Below, in pieces: positions 46,411-56,142 of a stretch of DNA of 64,000 nt. Made by a program: the position numbers and the translations under genes. The stretch is from Phycisphaerae bacterium (lineage in GTDB: Bacteria > Planctomycetota > Phycisphaerae > UBA1845 > Fen-1342), in assembly GCA_050115495.1 (NCBI GenBank), contig JASFQK010000032.1:1-64000 (forward strand), read 5' to 3'. Numbering within the stretch: position 1 is the first letter of the stretch; every line of letters begins with the position of its first letter. The notes beneath the pieces are model-generated. The model was not told the DNA's origin and did not search any database. It worked only from the letters and a program-made list of their open reading frames with translations.

Positions 46411-46782
46411 GTGAGCGTTTGCACGCCAATATCGCGCAGCCGCCGCCAGTTGGCGACAGAATTGACGCTGGCGCTACTCGCTCTGCTACTCGCCGGCGTG
46501 AGCGGCTGTTCGCACGTCATCACGCAGACCACGCCCTATTTCAAGGACGGCCCATCGCAGCTCGAACCGCCACAGGGCGAGCTCGAGAAGGGCACCCACG
46601 TCCTGGTCCTCGGCAAGGAAGGCACGTACTCGCGCGTCCTGACGCTCGGCGGCGTGAACGCGTACGTCTGGGACGGTGCCCTGCGCTCGATCTGGGCCAA
46701 GGAAGCGGAGCCGGAAGACCCGCGAGCCGCCCGCGAGCGCAAGCGCCGCGAGGCGGAAGCCGCCGCCAGGTCCAAGGACTAG
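46411..46782 (+). CDS. Small lipoprotein with SH3-like domain
   Basis: GGGAG then GTG at 46411; hydrophobic signal ending VSGC; GELEKGTHVLVLGKEGTYSRV...GVNAYV resembles bacterial SH3 domains. Confidence 0.6.
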   Translation: MSVCTPISRSRRQLATELTLALLALLLAGVSGCSHVITQTTPYFKDGPSQLEPPQGELEKGTHVLVLGKEGTYSRVLTLGGVNAYVWDGALRSIWAKEAEPEDPRAARERKRREAEAAARSKD

Positions 46783-46933
46783 CCGCCCGCCGCGAGGTGC
46801 CCGTCCCCCTTTTTCGCGCAAACGCCCTCCGCTCACGCTGCCTGTGGCGATCCCCCAAAAATCGTGCTAAATTGCCCCTCGCGACGAACGAGCCGCGCCT
46901 GTACCACGACCACAACCAACCGTACCGGAACCC

Positions 46934-48292
46934 ATGGGGCAGACCGCCTTCATCCTGATCGTCACCGATAAGCGAGCCGAGGCGGCCAGTCTGCGCGACG
47001 TTCTGCGCGAACAGCACGGCCACTCGTGCAACGCCGTCGCCACCCTGCCCGAGGCCCTGGCCTCGATCCGGCAGCGGGCCCCGGACACCGTCGTCGCCGG
47101 CGCCGAGGTGGCCGGCCAGCCCACGACGGCGGCTCTCATCGACCTGCTGGACGGTCTCGCCCCGGACGCCGGTCTCGTCTCCATCGGCCACGTCGGCCCC
47201 CTGCCGCCTGCTCGGCACATCGATGTCGAGGCGGTGCCGGCCGACCTGTCGGCGGCGGACCTCGTGCAGCGCGTCGTCCGCGCCGCCGACCGGGCCGTGG
47301 CCCGCCGCGAGGACCGCCTCCTCAAGCAGACGCTCGACGAGCACGCCTACGAAGCCTTCGAGGGCATCATCGGCACCACGCCACAGATGACCCGCATCAT
47401 CGAGCGCATCAAGAAAGCCGCCCGCAACAAGCTCACCGTGCTCATCCTCGGTGAGACCGGCACCGGTAAGGACCTCATTGCCGAGGCCATTCATCGCCAA
47501 TCCGACCGGGCTCGCAAGCCGATGAAGTCGGTCAACTGCGCCGGCCTCAACGAAAACCTGCTCGAAAGCGAGCTGTTCGGCCACGTGAAGGGGGCCTTCA
47601 CCGGCGCGGTCAGCGATCGCAAAGGCTACTTCGTCGCGGCCGACGGCGGCACGCTGTTCCTCGACGAGATCGGGGACATGCCGCTGCCGATGCAGGCCAA
47701 GTTGCTCCGCGTGCTCGAACGCCGGGAGGTGACGCCCGTCGGCTCGACCGAGGTCTTGCGCGTGGACGTCCGCGTCATCGCCGCCACCAACGCCGACCTC
47801 TTCCAGCGCGTCGAGGACAGGGAGTTCCGCGAGGACCTGTACTACCGCCTGAAGCAGTGGGTCATCGACGTTCCGCCGCTGCGAGAGCGCCGACAAGACA
47901 TCCCGATCCTGGCGATGCACTTCCTCCGGCGGGCGAACGAGGCCCACGGGCTGTCGGTCCCGGGCATCTCGCACGAGGCCATGGGCCTGCTGGCCAAGCA
48001 CTTCTGGCCGGGCAACGTCCGAGAAATCGCCAACCTGGTCGAATCCCTCGCCGTCGAGGCCGAAAACCGCCGAATCGAGGCCGACGACCTCCCCGAAGCC
48101 ATCCGCGGGTCGCGTGACCTGGTCCCCGTCGGCGGAACGGGCATGGTCGGCCTGACGATGGCCCAGGTCGAGCGGCTGATGATCGAGAAGACGCTGCTGG
48201 CCACGGGCGGGAACCGAGAGCAGGCCGCGAAGATGCTGGATATCGGGACGCGAACGCTCTACCGCAAGATCAAGGAATACGGCCTGCAATGA
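46934..48292 (+). CDS. Sigma-54-dependent enhancer-binding protein (NtrC/Fis family) with degenerate receiver domain
   Basis: GETGTGKD, ESELFGHVKGAFTGA, TLFLDEIGD, FREDLYYRL, WPGNVRE and a C-terminal Fis-type HTH. Confidence 0.92.
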   Translation: MGQTAFILIVTDKRAEAASLRDVLREQHGHSCNAVATLPEALASIRQRAPDTVVAGAEVAGQPTTAALIDLLDGLAPDAGLVSIGHVGPLPPARHIDVEAVPADLSAADLVQRVVRAADRAVARREDRLLKQTLDEHAYEAFEGIIGTTPQMTRIIERIKKAARNKLTVLILGETGTGKDLIAEAIHRQSDRARKPMKSVNCAGLNENLLESELFGHVKGAFTGAVSDRKGYFVAADGGTLFLDEIGDMPLPMQAKLLRVLERREVTPVGSTEVLRVDVRVIAATNADLFQRVEDREFREDLYYRLKQWVIDVPPLRERRQDIPILAMHFLRRANEAHGLSVPGISHEAMGLLAKHFWPGNVREIANLVESLAVEAENRRIEADDLPEAIRGSRDLVPVGGTGMVGLTMAQVERLMIEKTLLATGGNREQAAKMLDIGTRTLYRKIKEYGLQ

Positions 48293-48444
48293 CCGTGGCC
48301 GCCCTCGGCCTATAATATCGTTACCACAACGCAGCAACGGCTGTCTTCGCGAGGCAGAGCCGGTTACGTCCTCTCTCCCCTTTCCGCCGCCGCCGGCAAT
48401 CACCGGCCCGGACCAGCGTTAGGCCCTGAGGAGCGCCGAGTATC

Positions 48445-49020
48445 GTGAAGGGCGGCGACCTGGATGCAATCGTTCGACGGGCCTGTCGCCGCGACCCGGA
48501 AGCTCTGAGCGCTCTGGTGGAGATGTACAATGCGCGGGTGTTCGGCTTGTTGTATCGACTGGTTGGCTCCCGCGATGTCGCCGAAGAGCTGTTGCAGGAG
48601 ACGTTCCTCCGCGTCGTCCGGACGATTGACCGGTATGAGCACAAGGGCAGATTCGAGTCGTGGCTGTTCCGGATCGCGGCGAATCTGGCTCGTGACCGCG
48701 CACGGTCCGGTCAACGCCGGGGAACGATGGCTTCGCTCGCCGGAGACGACCTGGACGAGGGCGACGTGGCGGATGTCGGAAGCGGTTCCGGCAGTATCGA
48801 CCCGCACGAGCGGGCAGTGGCCCGCGAGGATCAGATGCACCTGAGCGAGCGACTGGAGCTGCTTTCCGCGCCCGAGCGCGAGATTCTCATGCTCCGGCAC
48901 TACGCTGACATGACGTTTCCGGAAATCGCCGACCTGCTCGGCGTTCCGCTTGGAACAGCGCTAGCCCGGGCACACCGGGCCCTGAAGCGGTTACGACGCG
49001 GGTTTGATGTTGAGGAATAG
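48445..49020 (+). CDS. ECF-type RNA polymerase sigma-70 factor
   Basis: GAGGAG RBS; AEELLQETFLRV, FESWLFRIAANLARD (region 2); EIADLLGVPLGT (region 4). TATAAT at 48311-48316. Confidence 0.92.
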   Translation: MKGGDLDAIVRRACRRDPEALSALVEMYNARVFGLLYRLVGSRDVAEELLQETFLRVVRTIDRYEHKGRFESWLFRIAANLARDRARSGQRRGTMASLAGDDLDEGDVADVGSGSGSIDPHERAVAREDQMHLSERLELLSAPEREILMLRHYADMTFPEIADLLGVPLGTALARAHRALKRLRRGFDVEE

Positions 49021-49029
49021 GGTAAGGCC

Positions 49030-49461
49030 ATGACGCGGCCGTTGAGTGAGCTCGAGCGCCTCGTGGAACGGGAGATGGACGTGCTGGCCGAACTGCCGGC
49101 GGCGCCGCCCTCTCCTGACGCCCTGCGCCGAACGCACGCTCTCGTCCGCGATGAGGCGTTGCGGTTGGGGGCGCCCGCCCGACGCCGACCTGAAGTGGTG
49201 CGCTGGCTGGGGACAGCGGCGTCGGTTCTGCTGGCGATCGGCCTCGGCGGAGTGCTGTCGCGGTCACCGACACCTTCGACGCCGCTCCCCGATGAAGATC
49301 TGCTGGACGTCTGGGCCGAGGCGGTCTCAGACACGAGCGACCGGCTGGCCTTCCTCACGGACGACGGCTGGATGCTCGAAGCGGCGGGCGACGCGAACGG
49401 CGACAGCGACACGTACATTGAGCTGCTGGACGCCTCGTTCGATCAGCTCGGCTCTCTCTAA
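49030..49461 (+). CDS. Putative single-pass anti-sigma factor
   Basis: Directly after the ECF gene; one TM (WLGTAASVLLAIGLGGVL); acidic C-terminal part. Confidence 0.6.
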   Translation: MTRPLSELERLVEREMDVLAELPAAPPSPDALRRTHALVRDEALRLGAPARRRPEVVRWLGTAASVLLAIGLGGVLSRSPTPSTPLPDEDLLDVWAEAVSDTSDRLAFLTDDGWMLEAAGDANGDSDTYIELLDASFDQLGSL

Positions 49462-49474
49462 GGGCGAGATACGG

Positions 49475-50437
49475 ATGATCGGTAACCACACGCAGAAGCT
49501 CGCCATGCTCCCCTGGCTCCTCGCCGTGCTGCTCCTGTGCCTGCCCGGCACACCCACGGCACGCGCCCAGGAACCGACCAGCCAGCCGGAGACCGAGCGC
49601 AGCGACCCGGGCCGTCGGCCTCGCCATCGCGACAGCGAGCGCGGCCGGCCCCGCGATCAGCATGAGCGCCCCGAGGGCGACGAACACCGCGGCCCACCGC
49701 CCGATGGCAAGCACGGTCCGCGCTGGCCGTACATGCTGCTTGAGCCGGCTCCCGAAGACCGCGGCCCGCTCCAACCCGGCGAGGCCGAGGAGCTGCGGGC
49801 GTTCGTCGCCAAGGAGATGCCCCGGCTCAACCGTTTGCTCGACCGCATCGAGGAGAAGAGCCCCAAGGCCCTCAGTCACGGTTCGGCCCGACTCATCGCC
49901 CGCCTGCGGCAACTGCGGCGGATTCACGCCGAGGATCCCGAACTCGCCGAGCTCATCGCCCGGCACGCGGGGAATCTGTTCAGCCTCGAGATGCTCCGGC
50001 GGGGCGTCCAACGATTGCCCGAAGACCAGCAGGAACCGCTGCTGAACCAGATGCGGACCTACCTGGCCGACAACATCGACATCGAGGCCCAGGTCCTGGA
50101 GCGCTGGGCGAACAAGTTCGAGACCAACCGTGACGCGTTCGTGCAGCGGCGTGTCGCCGACCTGACCGGCCCCGACGCCGACCTCAGCGCCGAGCCGGCC
50201 CGCATCCGCGAAGCCGTCGAGAAAGTGCTCGCCGAAACCGACGCGACGCAGCAAGTGGCGCTCAAGGCCGCGCTAACGGACCTGCTCACCAAGCAAGCCG
50301 ACAAGCGGATCGCCACCATGCGTGAGCAGGTGCGGCGTCTGCGCGACGAGGCTGCCGACGAGGTGGATCGCCGACTCGAGCACATGAGCCGCAAGCGTGA
50401 GCGCGGCCCGCGCCGCGAACGTCCACCGCGGCCGTGA
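49475..50437 (+). CDS. Secreted helical protein in the ECF cassette
   Basis: ATG at 49475, signal peptide ending TARA-Q, Arg/Pro/Glu-rich disordered ends, coiled-coil core. Confidence 0.65.
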   Translation: MIGNHTQKLAMLPWLLAVLLLCLPGTPTARAQEPTSQPETERSDPGRRPRHRDSERGRPRDQHERPEGDEHRGPPPDGKHGPRWPYMLLEPAPEDRGPLQPGEAEELRAFVAKEMPRLNRLLDRIEEKSPKALSHGSARLIARLRQLRRIHAEDPELAELIARHAGNLFSLEMLRRGVQRLPEDQQEPLLNQMRTYLADNIDIEAQVLERWANKFETNRDAFVQRRVADLTGPDADLSAEPARIREAVEKVLAETDATQQVALKAALTDLLTKQADKRIATMREQVRRLRDEAADEVDRRLEHMSRKRERGPRRERPPRP

Positions 50438-50476
50438 TCCCGGTGCTATCCCTGGATTTTTCCCCCGGTCGCCCGG

Positions 50477-53023
50477 CTATTCCATCGGGAACTCGGCGGC
50501 TTCGTCGGCTTCTTCGCGGTCGCGTTGTGACCGGGCGGCCTGCCACTCCTCTTTGGTGACGATGACCTCGCGGGCCTGGCTGCCCTTGTACTCGCCGACG
50601 ATACCGGCTTCGTACATCTGGTCGATCAGGCGGGAGGCGCGGCCGTAGCCGATCGTGAGCCGCCGCTGGAGCAGGCTGACCGAGCCGCGACCGGTCTCGA
50701 TGACCGCGTCGACCGCCTGGTCGAAGAGCTCGTCGCGCTCGCCCGTCGTCGCCGCCCCGGCACCCGGCATGCGCACCAGGTCCGGATGGAAATCCGGGGT
50801 GCGTTGCTCGCGGCAGTGCTTCACGACGCTGCGCATCTCCTCATCGCTGATGAAGGTCCCCTGGGCCCGCAGCAGCTTCGACGTGCCCGGGGCGAGGAAG
50901 AGCATGTCCCCCTGCCCCATCAGCGTCTCGCCGCCGTTCTGATCGAGCACGATGCGTGAATCGAGCCGCGAGGAGACGCGGAAGGCGATGCGGCAGGGCA
51001 GGTTCGACTTGATGAGGCCGGTGACGACGTTGGCCTGCGGGCGCTGGGTCGAGACGATCAGGTGAATGCCGACCGCCCGGCTCTTCTGGGCGATCCGGCA
51101 CAGGTTGAACTCGACCTCCTTGGCCGAGGTCATCATCAGGTCGGCCAGCTCGTCGATGATGATCACGATGTAGGGCAAGTGCAGCGGGATGCGGGCGAGC
51201 TCCTCGTCGCTGGCGATGCTCATCCGCTCCTTCAGCCCGTCGCGGCCGAGCCGGTTGTAGGCGCGAATCTCCCGCACGCCGGCTTCGGCCAGCAGGGCGT
51301 AGCGCTCGTCCATCAGCCCCGTCGCCCATTCGAGGATGCCCTCGGCCTTGGCCGCCTCGGTAACGATCGGGCACATCAGGTGCGGGATGTCCTTGAACCC
51401 GGCCAGCTCGACCATCTTCGGGTCGACCAGGATCATGTTCACTTCGGAAGGCGACCGCGTGAGCAGCATCGACAGAATGATGCTGTTGACGCAGATGCTC
51501 TTGCCCGAGCCAGTCGTGCCGGCGATGAGCAGGTGCGGCATGCGGGTCAGGTCGCTGATGAGCGGCTGGCCGGAGGCGTCCTTGCCGAGGTACAACGGCA
51601 AGGCGAGATTGTCGGTCCGCCGGCCGCTCAGCTCCATGATGTCCCGCAGGCGGACCTTCTCCTTGTCGGTGTTGGGCACCTCGATGCCGATGGTGTTCTT
51701 GCCCGGGAGCGGGGCGACGACGCGCACCGCCGGTGCCTTCAGCGCCCGGGCGATGTCGTTGGAGAGCGAGGCGATCTGACTGACCTTGACGCCGGGGGAC
51801 AGCTTCAGCTCGAAGACGGTGATCACGGGGCCGGTCTCGATGGCGACCACCTGGACGCCCACGCGGAACTCGTTCAGCGTCTGTTCGAGGATGTACGCCT
51901 TCTCGCGACAGAGGACCTCGATCGCCGACTTGTCCATCGGGACGGGCGGTTCCAGCAGCTCCAGGGCCGGCAACTCGTAGTCGTCGTCCTCCGGGAGCGG
52001 TGCCGGTCGTCGCGTGCGCCGTCCGCCCGCAGCCCCCGCGCCCTTGCCGGCGGGCGCCTGGACCTCGGCGTGCGCCACGACCGGAGCAGCAGCGAAGCCG
52101 CTCTCGTCCACATCGCGGGCCGGGGCTTCGTCCGCCAGCCGCTTCTTCGCGGCGTCGAACGTAAGTTGCCGTGGTGGCTCGACTTCGACGGGCTCCTCCT
52201 CTTCGGCCTCATCCTCTTCCGCTTCGACCTCTTCGTCGACTTCTTCCTCTTCCTCCGGTTCTTCCTCTTCTTCCTCTTCGAGCTCCTCAGGCTTTGCGAC
52301 GGTCTTCTTCTTCCTCCTGGGGGCTGCGATCTCCTCCTCGGCGGGCTCCTGCCGTCCGTTGCCGGTCAGGCCGCGCGACAGCACGGTAACACCGGTGGCC
52401 ACACCCGAGGCGACGGCCGCACCGGTCTTGGCCACGGCTTCACCGCCGCGGGCTAGGACCGGGATCGACCGCCGGGATGTCCAGCCGAGCCAGCGGACCA
52501 GCCGCACCAACAGCTCGTCCGCCGCCAGCAGCAACCCGACAATCAGGGCGCAGCTCAGCACGATATGCGTGCCGGCGATGCGGAGCTGGGCCCGGCAGAA
52601 CGGGCCGACGGCCGCCCCCAAGACCCCGCCCGGACCCGTCATCAGGTACTTGTCCGAGGGCGACACGAGCAGCGCCCCCCACGTGCACACGGCGGCGGTC
52701 ACCAGGACCACGCCCAGGGCCCGCAACGCCGGATCACGTACCGGTACCTGTCGCGGCCAGGCCACCGCCATGAGGGTCAGCAGCCCCAGCAGGGCGTACG
52801 TGCCGATGCCCAGGTAATAGAAGAGGTAATAAGCGATCCAGGCCCCGGTGGAGCCGCAGAGGTTGCTCACACCCCCATCGGGGTTGAGCTGCCAGACGCT
52901 GCTCGCGGGCGGATCCCCCGTACTAAAACTGAGCACGCAGACCCACAGGAACAAGGCCGCGAGCCCGCGAATCGTCGTGAGGCAGAATCGAAGCGCCACG
53001 CGGCGCTCAACGCTCTGGGCCAT
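50477..53023 (-). CDS. ftsK: DNA translocase FtsK
   Basis: N-terminal 4TM domain (NLCGSTGA), acidic linker, ETGPVIT, PHLLIAGTTGSGKS, IDELADLM, TQRP, LMGQGDMLF and the gamma domain SLLQRRLTIGYGRASRLID. Confidence 0.96.
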   Translation of the reverse strand: MAQSVERRVALRFCLTTIRGLAALFLWVCVLSFSTGDPPASSVWQLNPDGGVSNLCGSTGAWIAYYLFYYLGIGTYALLGLLTLMAVAWPRQVPVRDPALRALGVVLVTAAVCTWGALLVSPSDKYLMTGPGGVLGAAVGPFCRAQLRIAGTHIVLSCALIVGLLLAADELLVRLVRWLGWTSRRSIPVLARGGEAVAKTGAAVASGVATGVTVLSRGLTGNGRQEPAEEEIAAPRRKKKTVAKPEELEEEEEEEPEEEEEVDEEVEAEEDEAEEEEPVEVEPPRQLTFDAAKKRLADEAPARDVDESGFAAAPVVAHAEVQAPAGKGAGAAGGRRTRRPAPLPEDDDYELPALELLEPPVPMDKSAIEVLCREKAYILEQTLNEFRVGVQVVAIETGPVITVFELKLSPGVKVSQIASLSNDIARALKAPAVRVVAPLPGKNTIGIEVPNTDKEKVRLRDIMELSGRRTDNLALPLYLGKDASGQPLISDLTRMPHLLIAGTTGSGKSICVNSIILSMLLTRSPSEVNMILVDPKMVELAGFKDIPHLMCPIVTEAAKAEGILEWATGLMDERYALLAEAGVREIRAYNRLGRDGLKERMSIASDEELARIPLHLPYIVIIIDELADLMMTSAKEVEFNLCRIAQKSRAVGIHLIVSTQRPQANVVTGLIKSNLPCRIAFRVSSRLDSRIVLDQNGGETLMGQGDMLFLAPGTSKLLRAQGTFISDEEMRSVVKHCREQRTPDFHPDLVRMPGAGAATTGERDELFDQAVDAVIETGRGSVSLLQRRLTIGYGRASRLIDQMYEAGIVGEYKGSQAREVIVTKEEWQAARSQRDREEADEAAEFPME

Positions 53024-53199
53024 GGAGAACCATCCTTGATTCTTCCCGTGCCCGTCCTCCTGCTCGGGCCTCTTTCCAGAGCGAGTATAACAGATGTCGC
53101 GTAATGGCGTCGAGTTGGATAATGTACGCGTCTGCGGTGCCGCACGGCGCGACGGCGCGGCGGCGGCGCCCGGGGTACTCGTCGGCAGGCCCAAGTCCC

Positions 53200-54036
53200 A
53201 TGCGCACAAGCAACGCTGCCATCCGATCGCTGGGCGCCATCGGGGCCCAGGCTACGGCCCTGCTGGCCGGCTTCGGGCACTTCTGGACGTTCGGGGCGAG
53301 CGCCGCAGCTTACGCTCCACTGGACATGTGCACGCTGCGCGGCTGGCGGCGATTCCTGCCGCAGTGCTTCTACATCGGCACGCGCTCGGTACCGGTCATC
53401 ATGCTGACCGGCGCGTTCGTGGGCATGGTGCTGATCGTGCAGGGCTGGGACCAGTTCGACGCCGCCGGCCTGACCGACCGCCTGGGGGCGATCGTGAACA
53501 TCTCGGTGGCGGCGGAGCTCGGCCCGGTGCTGGCCGGGGTGATGCTGGCGGGCCGCGTCGGCGGGGCACTGACCGCCGAACTCGGCACGATGAACGTCAC
53601 CGAGCAGCTACTGGCCCTGCGATCAATGGGGGCGGATCCGATTCGCTTCCTGGTCACGCCGCGGTTCCTGGCCTGTCTGCTGCTGGCGCCGCTGCTGACG
53701 GCCTACGCTGACCTGATGGGCGCCCTGGGGGCGTGGCTCATCTTCTCCGGCGTGAAGGGTGGCGCCTCGGCGCCGTTCTGGAGCTACTCGGCCGAGATCG
53801 TCGAGATGTGGGACCTGTGCACCGGGATGATCAAGGCGATCTTCTTCGGCGGGGCGATCGGCCTGGTCAGTTGCTACCGGGGATTTCATTGCCGGCCGGG
53901 AGCCCAGGGCGTCGGCCAGGCCTGCACCGAGGCTTTCGTCATCAGCTTCATGTCGATCCTGGTGCTGGACCTGTTTATCAACTTCGTCATGAACGGGCTG
54001 TACACCGCGTGGTACGGCTTCCGGTCGCTGATCTAG
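53200..54036 (+). CDS. mlaE: MlaE/YrbE family ABC transporter permease
   Basis: ELGPVLAGVMLAGRVGGALTAELGTMNVTEQ, PRFLA and GAQGVGQACT. Confidence 0.9.
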   Translation: MRTSNAAIRSLGAIGAQATALLAGFGHFWTFGASAAAYAPLDMCTLRGWRRFLPQCFYIGTRSVPVIMLTGAFVGMVLIVQGWDQFDAAGLTDRLGAIVNISVAAELGPVLAGVMLAGRVGGALTAELGTMNVTEQLLALRSMGADPIRFLVTPRFLACLLLAPLLTAYADLMGALGAWLIFSGVKGGASAPFWSYSAEIVEMWDLCTGMIKAIFFGGAIGLVSCYRGFHCRPGAQGVGQACTEAFVISFMSILVLDLFINFVMNGLYTAWYGFRSLI

Positions 54037-54048
54037 CCGGAGACGAGC

Positions 54049-54837
54049 GTGGTTGAAGTCGCCGACCCGATCATCGAGCTTCGCCGACTGAGCAAGTCGT
54101 TCGGCGCGCAGCGCGTGCTGGACGACGTGGACCTGCGCATCGAGCGCGGACAGACGACGGTGATCATCGGCCGCTCGGGTACGGGCAAAAGCGTGCTGCT
54201 CAAGCACATCGTGGGGTTGCTGCGGCCGGATCGGGGTGAGGTTTACTTCGCCGGCCAGCGGGTGGACCAGCTCGGCGAGCGGCAGTTCGTGCCCATTCGC
54301 CGGCAGATCAGCTTCGTCTTTCAGCTCAACGCCCTGTTCGATTCGATGAGCGTCGCCGAGAACGTCGCCTTTCCGATGATGGAGAACAGCGCGGCGCCGC
54401 TTCGGCGGCGGGAGATCATGGCGCTGGCCTCGCGGCGGCTGGAGATGGTCGGACTGGCCGGGTTCGAGGACAAGCGGCCGGCGGACCTGTCGGGCGGCGA
54501 GAAGAAGCGCGTGGCCGTGGCGCGGGCCATCGCCATGGAGCCGCCGCCGAAGGTCATCCTGTACGACGAGCCCACCGCCGGGCTCGACCCGCAGCGCAGC
54601 GACGTGATCAACCGATTGATCCGGCAGTTGCAGCAGGACGTGGGCGTGACCGGGATCGTGGTGACGCACGACATGCGGCTGGCGACGGACGTGGGTCACC
54701 GCATTCTGATGTTGTGGAACGGCCGCTTCATCGCCGACGGCACGCCGGCGCAGCTCCAGCAAACGCGGAACGAGCACGTGCGGCGGTTCATCGAGGGTCA
54801 GGCGGAGCCTGAGGATATTCACACCCTGACATCCTGA
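54049..54837 (+). CDS. mlaF: MlaF/Mkl family ABC ATPase
   Basis: GRSGTGKS, ALFDSMSVAENVAFP, LSGGEKKRV, YDEPTAGLDP and VVTHD. Confidence 0.88.
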   Translation: MVEVADPIIELRRLSKSFGAQRVLDDVDLRIERGQTTVIIGRSGTGKSVLLKHIVGLLRPDRGEVYFAGQRVDQLGERQFVPIRRQISFVFQLNALFDSMSVAENVAFPMMENSAAPLRRREIMALASRRLEMVGLAGFEDKRPADLSGGEKKRVAVARAIAMEPPPKVILYDEPTAGLDPQRSDVINRLIRQLQQDVGVTGIVVTHDMRLATDVGHRILMLWNGRFIADGTPAQLQQTRNEHVRRFIEGQAEPEDIHTLTS

Positions 54838-55005
54838 ACTCACTCACGGATCACACCATTCACAGTCGCCCGGGAGCCCGCCGGGCGAGATTTGCTTCGG
54901 ACACCGGCTATCGGCAAGACTTGCCTGTCTGATAAAAACAGGTCGACAAACAGCCAAACGCAGATCTTCTCGCGCGGGCCGAAAAATCTTCGCGACTTGC
55001 CGAAT

Positions 55006-55038
55006 TCAAGCAAGTTTTATGGGCAATCCGACCGATAG
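55006..55038 (+). promoter_or_regulatory. Possible sigma-28-type promoter upstream of the flgM-like gene
   Basis: TCAAG/CAAGTTTT followed by ACCGATAG (55031-55038), resembling TAAAGTTT-N11-GCCGATAA. The spacing is 1-2 nt off consensus. Confidence 0.35.
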
Positions 55039-55197
55039 AGCCTTTAGAGCGAGTGGGGCCGGTGCAGACTGACAGCCGACGGAGCGGTCAGCAGTCCACC
55101 GGCAACTGACGATCCCGACATTCAGGGAGGAACGTCGGCCGACACGGGCTGTGTTTTATGCGCGCCGTGGCGCGCGACTGGAAGGCTGTAGTCTGCC

Positions 55198-55476
55198 ATG
55201 TTGGAAATTGCCCCCCATACAAACCGCACCGTAAACCCGGCTCTGTCGGGTGTTGTGCCCAACCAGAACCCCAAGGCGCAGGCGCCCGCCGCATCGCCCG
55301 AACAGAGCGATCGCGTCGAGCTGTCCGAGGCGGCCCGCACGTATGAGGCCGACAGCGCCGCGGATGTCCGTATCCGCGACCTGCGGGCTCAGATCGCCGC
55401 CGACGAGTACATCACGGACGACATGCTGGACGTTGTCGTCGACCGCCTGCACGAGGAGCTGTTCGGCAAGGCCTAA
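55198..55476 (+). CDS. flgM: Anti-sigma-28 factor FlgM-like protein
   Basis: 92 aa; disordered N-terminus, DRVELSEAAR, and RIRDLRAQIAADEY...LDVVVDRL, the conserved FlgM C-terminal pattern. Confidence 0.75.
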   Translation: MLEIAPHTNRTVNPALSGVVPNQNPKAQAPAASPEQSDRVELSEAARTYEADSAADVRIRDLRAQIAADEYITDDMLDVVVDRLHEELFGKA

Positions 55477-55488
55477 GCCGGCCGCCGT

Positions 55489-55872
55489 TCAGCGTGGTTC
55501 GCGACGACGGCGCCGCTGCGCCGCCTCGTATTGGGCCACGATCGTCGAGCGCATCCCCCCGCGCGGATTCCAGTCCGTCTGCACGAGCAGCCGGCGCGGC
55601 CGCAGCGCGGCGACCAGATCGTCGAGGATCCGGTTCGTCAGCGCCTCGTAGAACGCGCCTTCGTCGCGGTACGCCTGGAAGTACAGCTTCAGGCTCTTGA
55701 GCTCGACGCAGAGCTTGTCGGGCGTGTACTCGATGGTCACCGTGCCGAAGTCGGGTTGCCCGGTCAGGGGACAGCGGCTGGTGAACTCCGGCGCCACGTG
55801 TCGGATCACGTAGTCACGCCCGGGGCTGGGGTTATCGAACGTCGCCAGCACTGTCTTGTTCGCTTTGGCCAC
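55489..55872 (-). CDS. queF: NADPH-dependent preQ0 reductase QueF (short, type I)
   Basis: PEFTSRCPLTGQPDFG, VELKSLKLY, GAFYE and PRGG. AGGAGG RBS favours the GTG at 55872. Confidence 0.95.
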   Translation of the reverse strand: MAKANKTVLATFDNPSPGRDYVIRHVAPEFTSRCPLTGQPDFGTVTIEYTPDKLCVELKSLKLYFQAYRDEGAFYEALTNRILDDLVAALRPRRLLVQTDWNPRGGMRSTIVAQYEAAQRRRRREPR

Positions 55873-56142
55873 GGCGGGCACCTCCTGCGCCGCACGGTCC
55901 TCGCGGCCGCCACGCCGACGGCCGGCAGGATTCCGGCTGCCCGTAGTGTAGTGCGCCGGCGGGAGGCGGAAAGGAGCACACCTCGCCCCGCAGGCGAACT
56001 CCGCGCAACGTCCGCGCGAAGAATAGCCCCGCGTCCGCGAATTCCCTCTTGGGCAGCCATCGCGCGCGCTGGGCTGTAAGCCTTCGTAAGACGCGTCGTT
56101 TTTCTAATTCCGTTACTCGCTGGAGCGATTACACTTAAGGTG

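Noticed and set aside
52195..52320. Pyrimidine-rich low-complexity tract as a DNA repeat element
   Set aside because: It encodes the Glu-rich linker of FtsK on the - strand.
55873..56140. preQ1 riboswitch upstream of queF
   Set aside because: No recognisable preQ1 stem-loop with A-rich tail.
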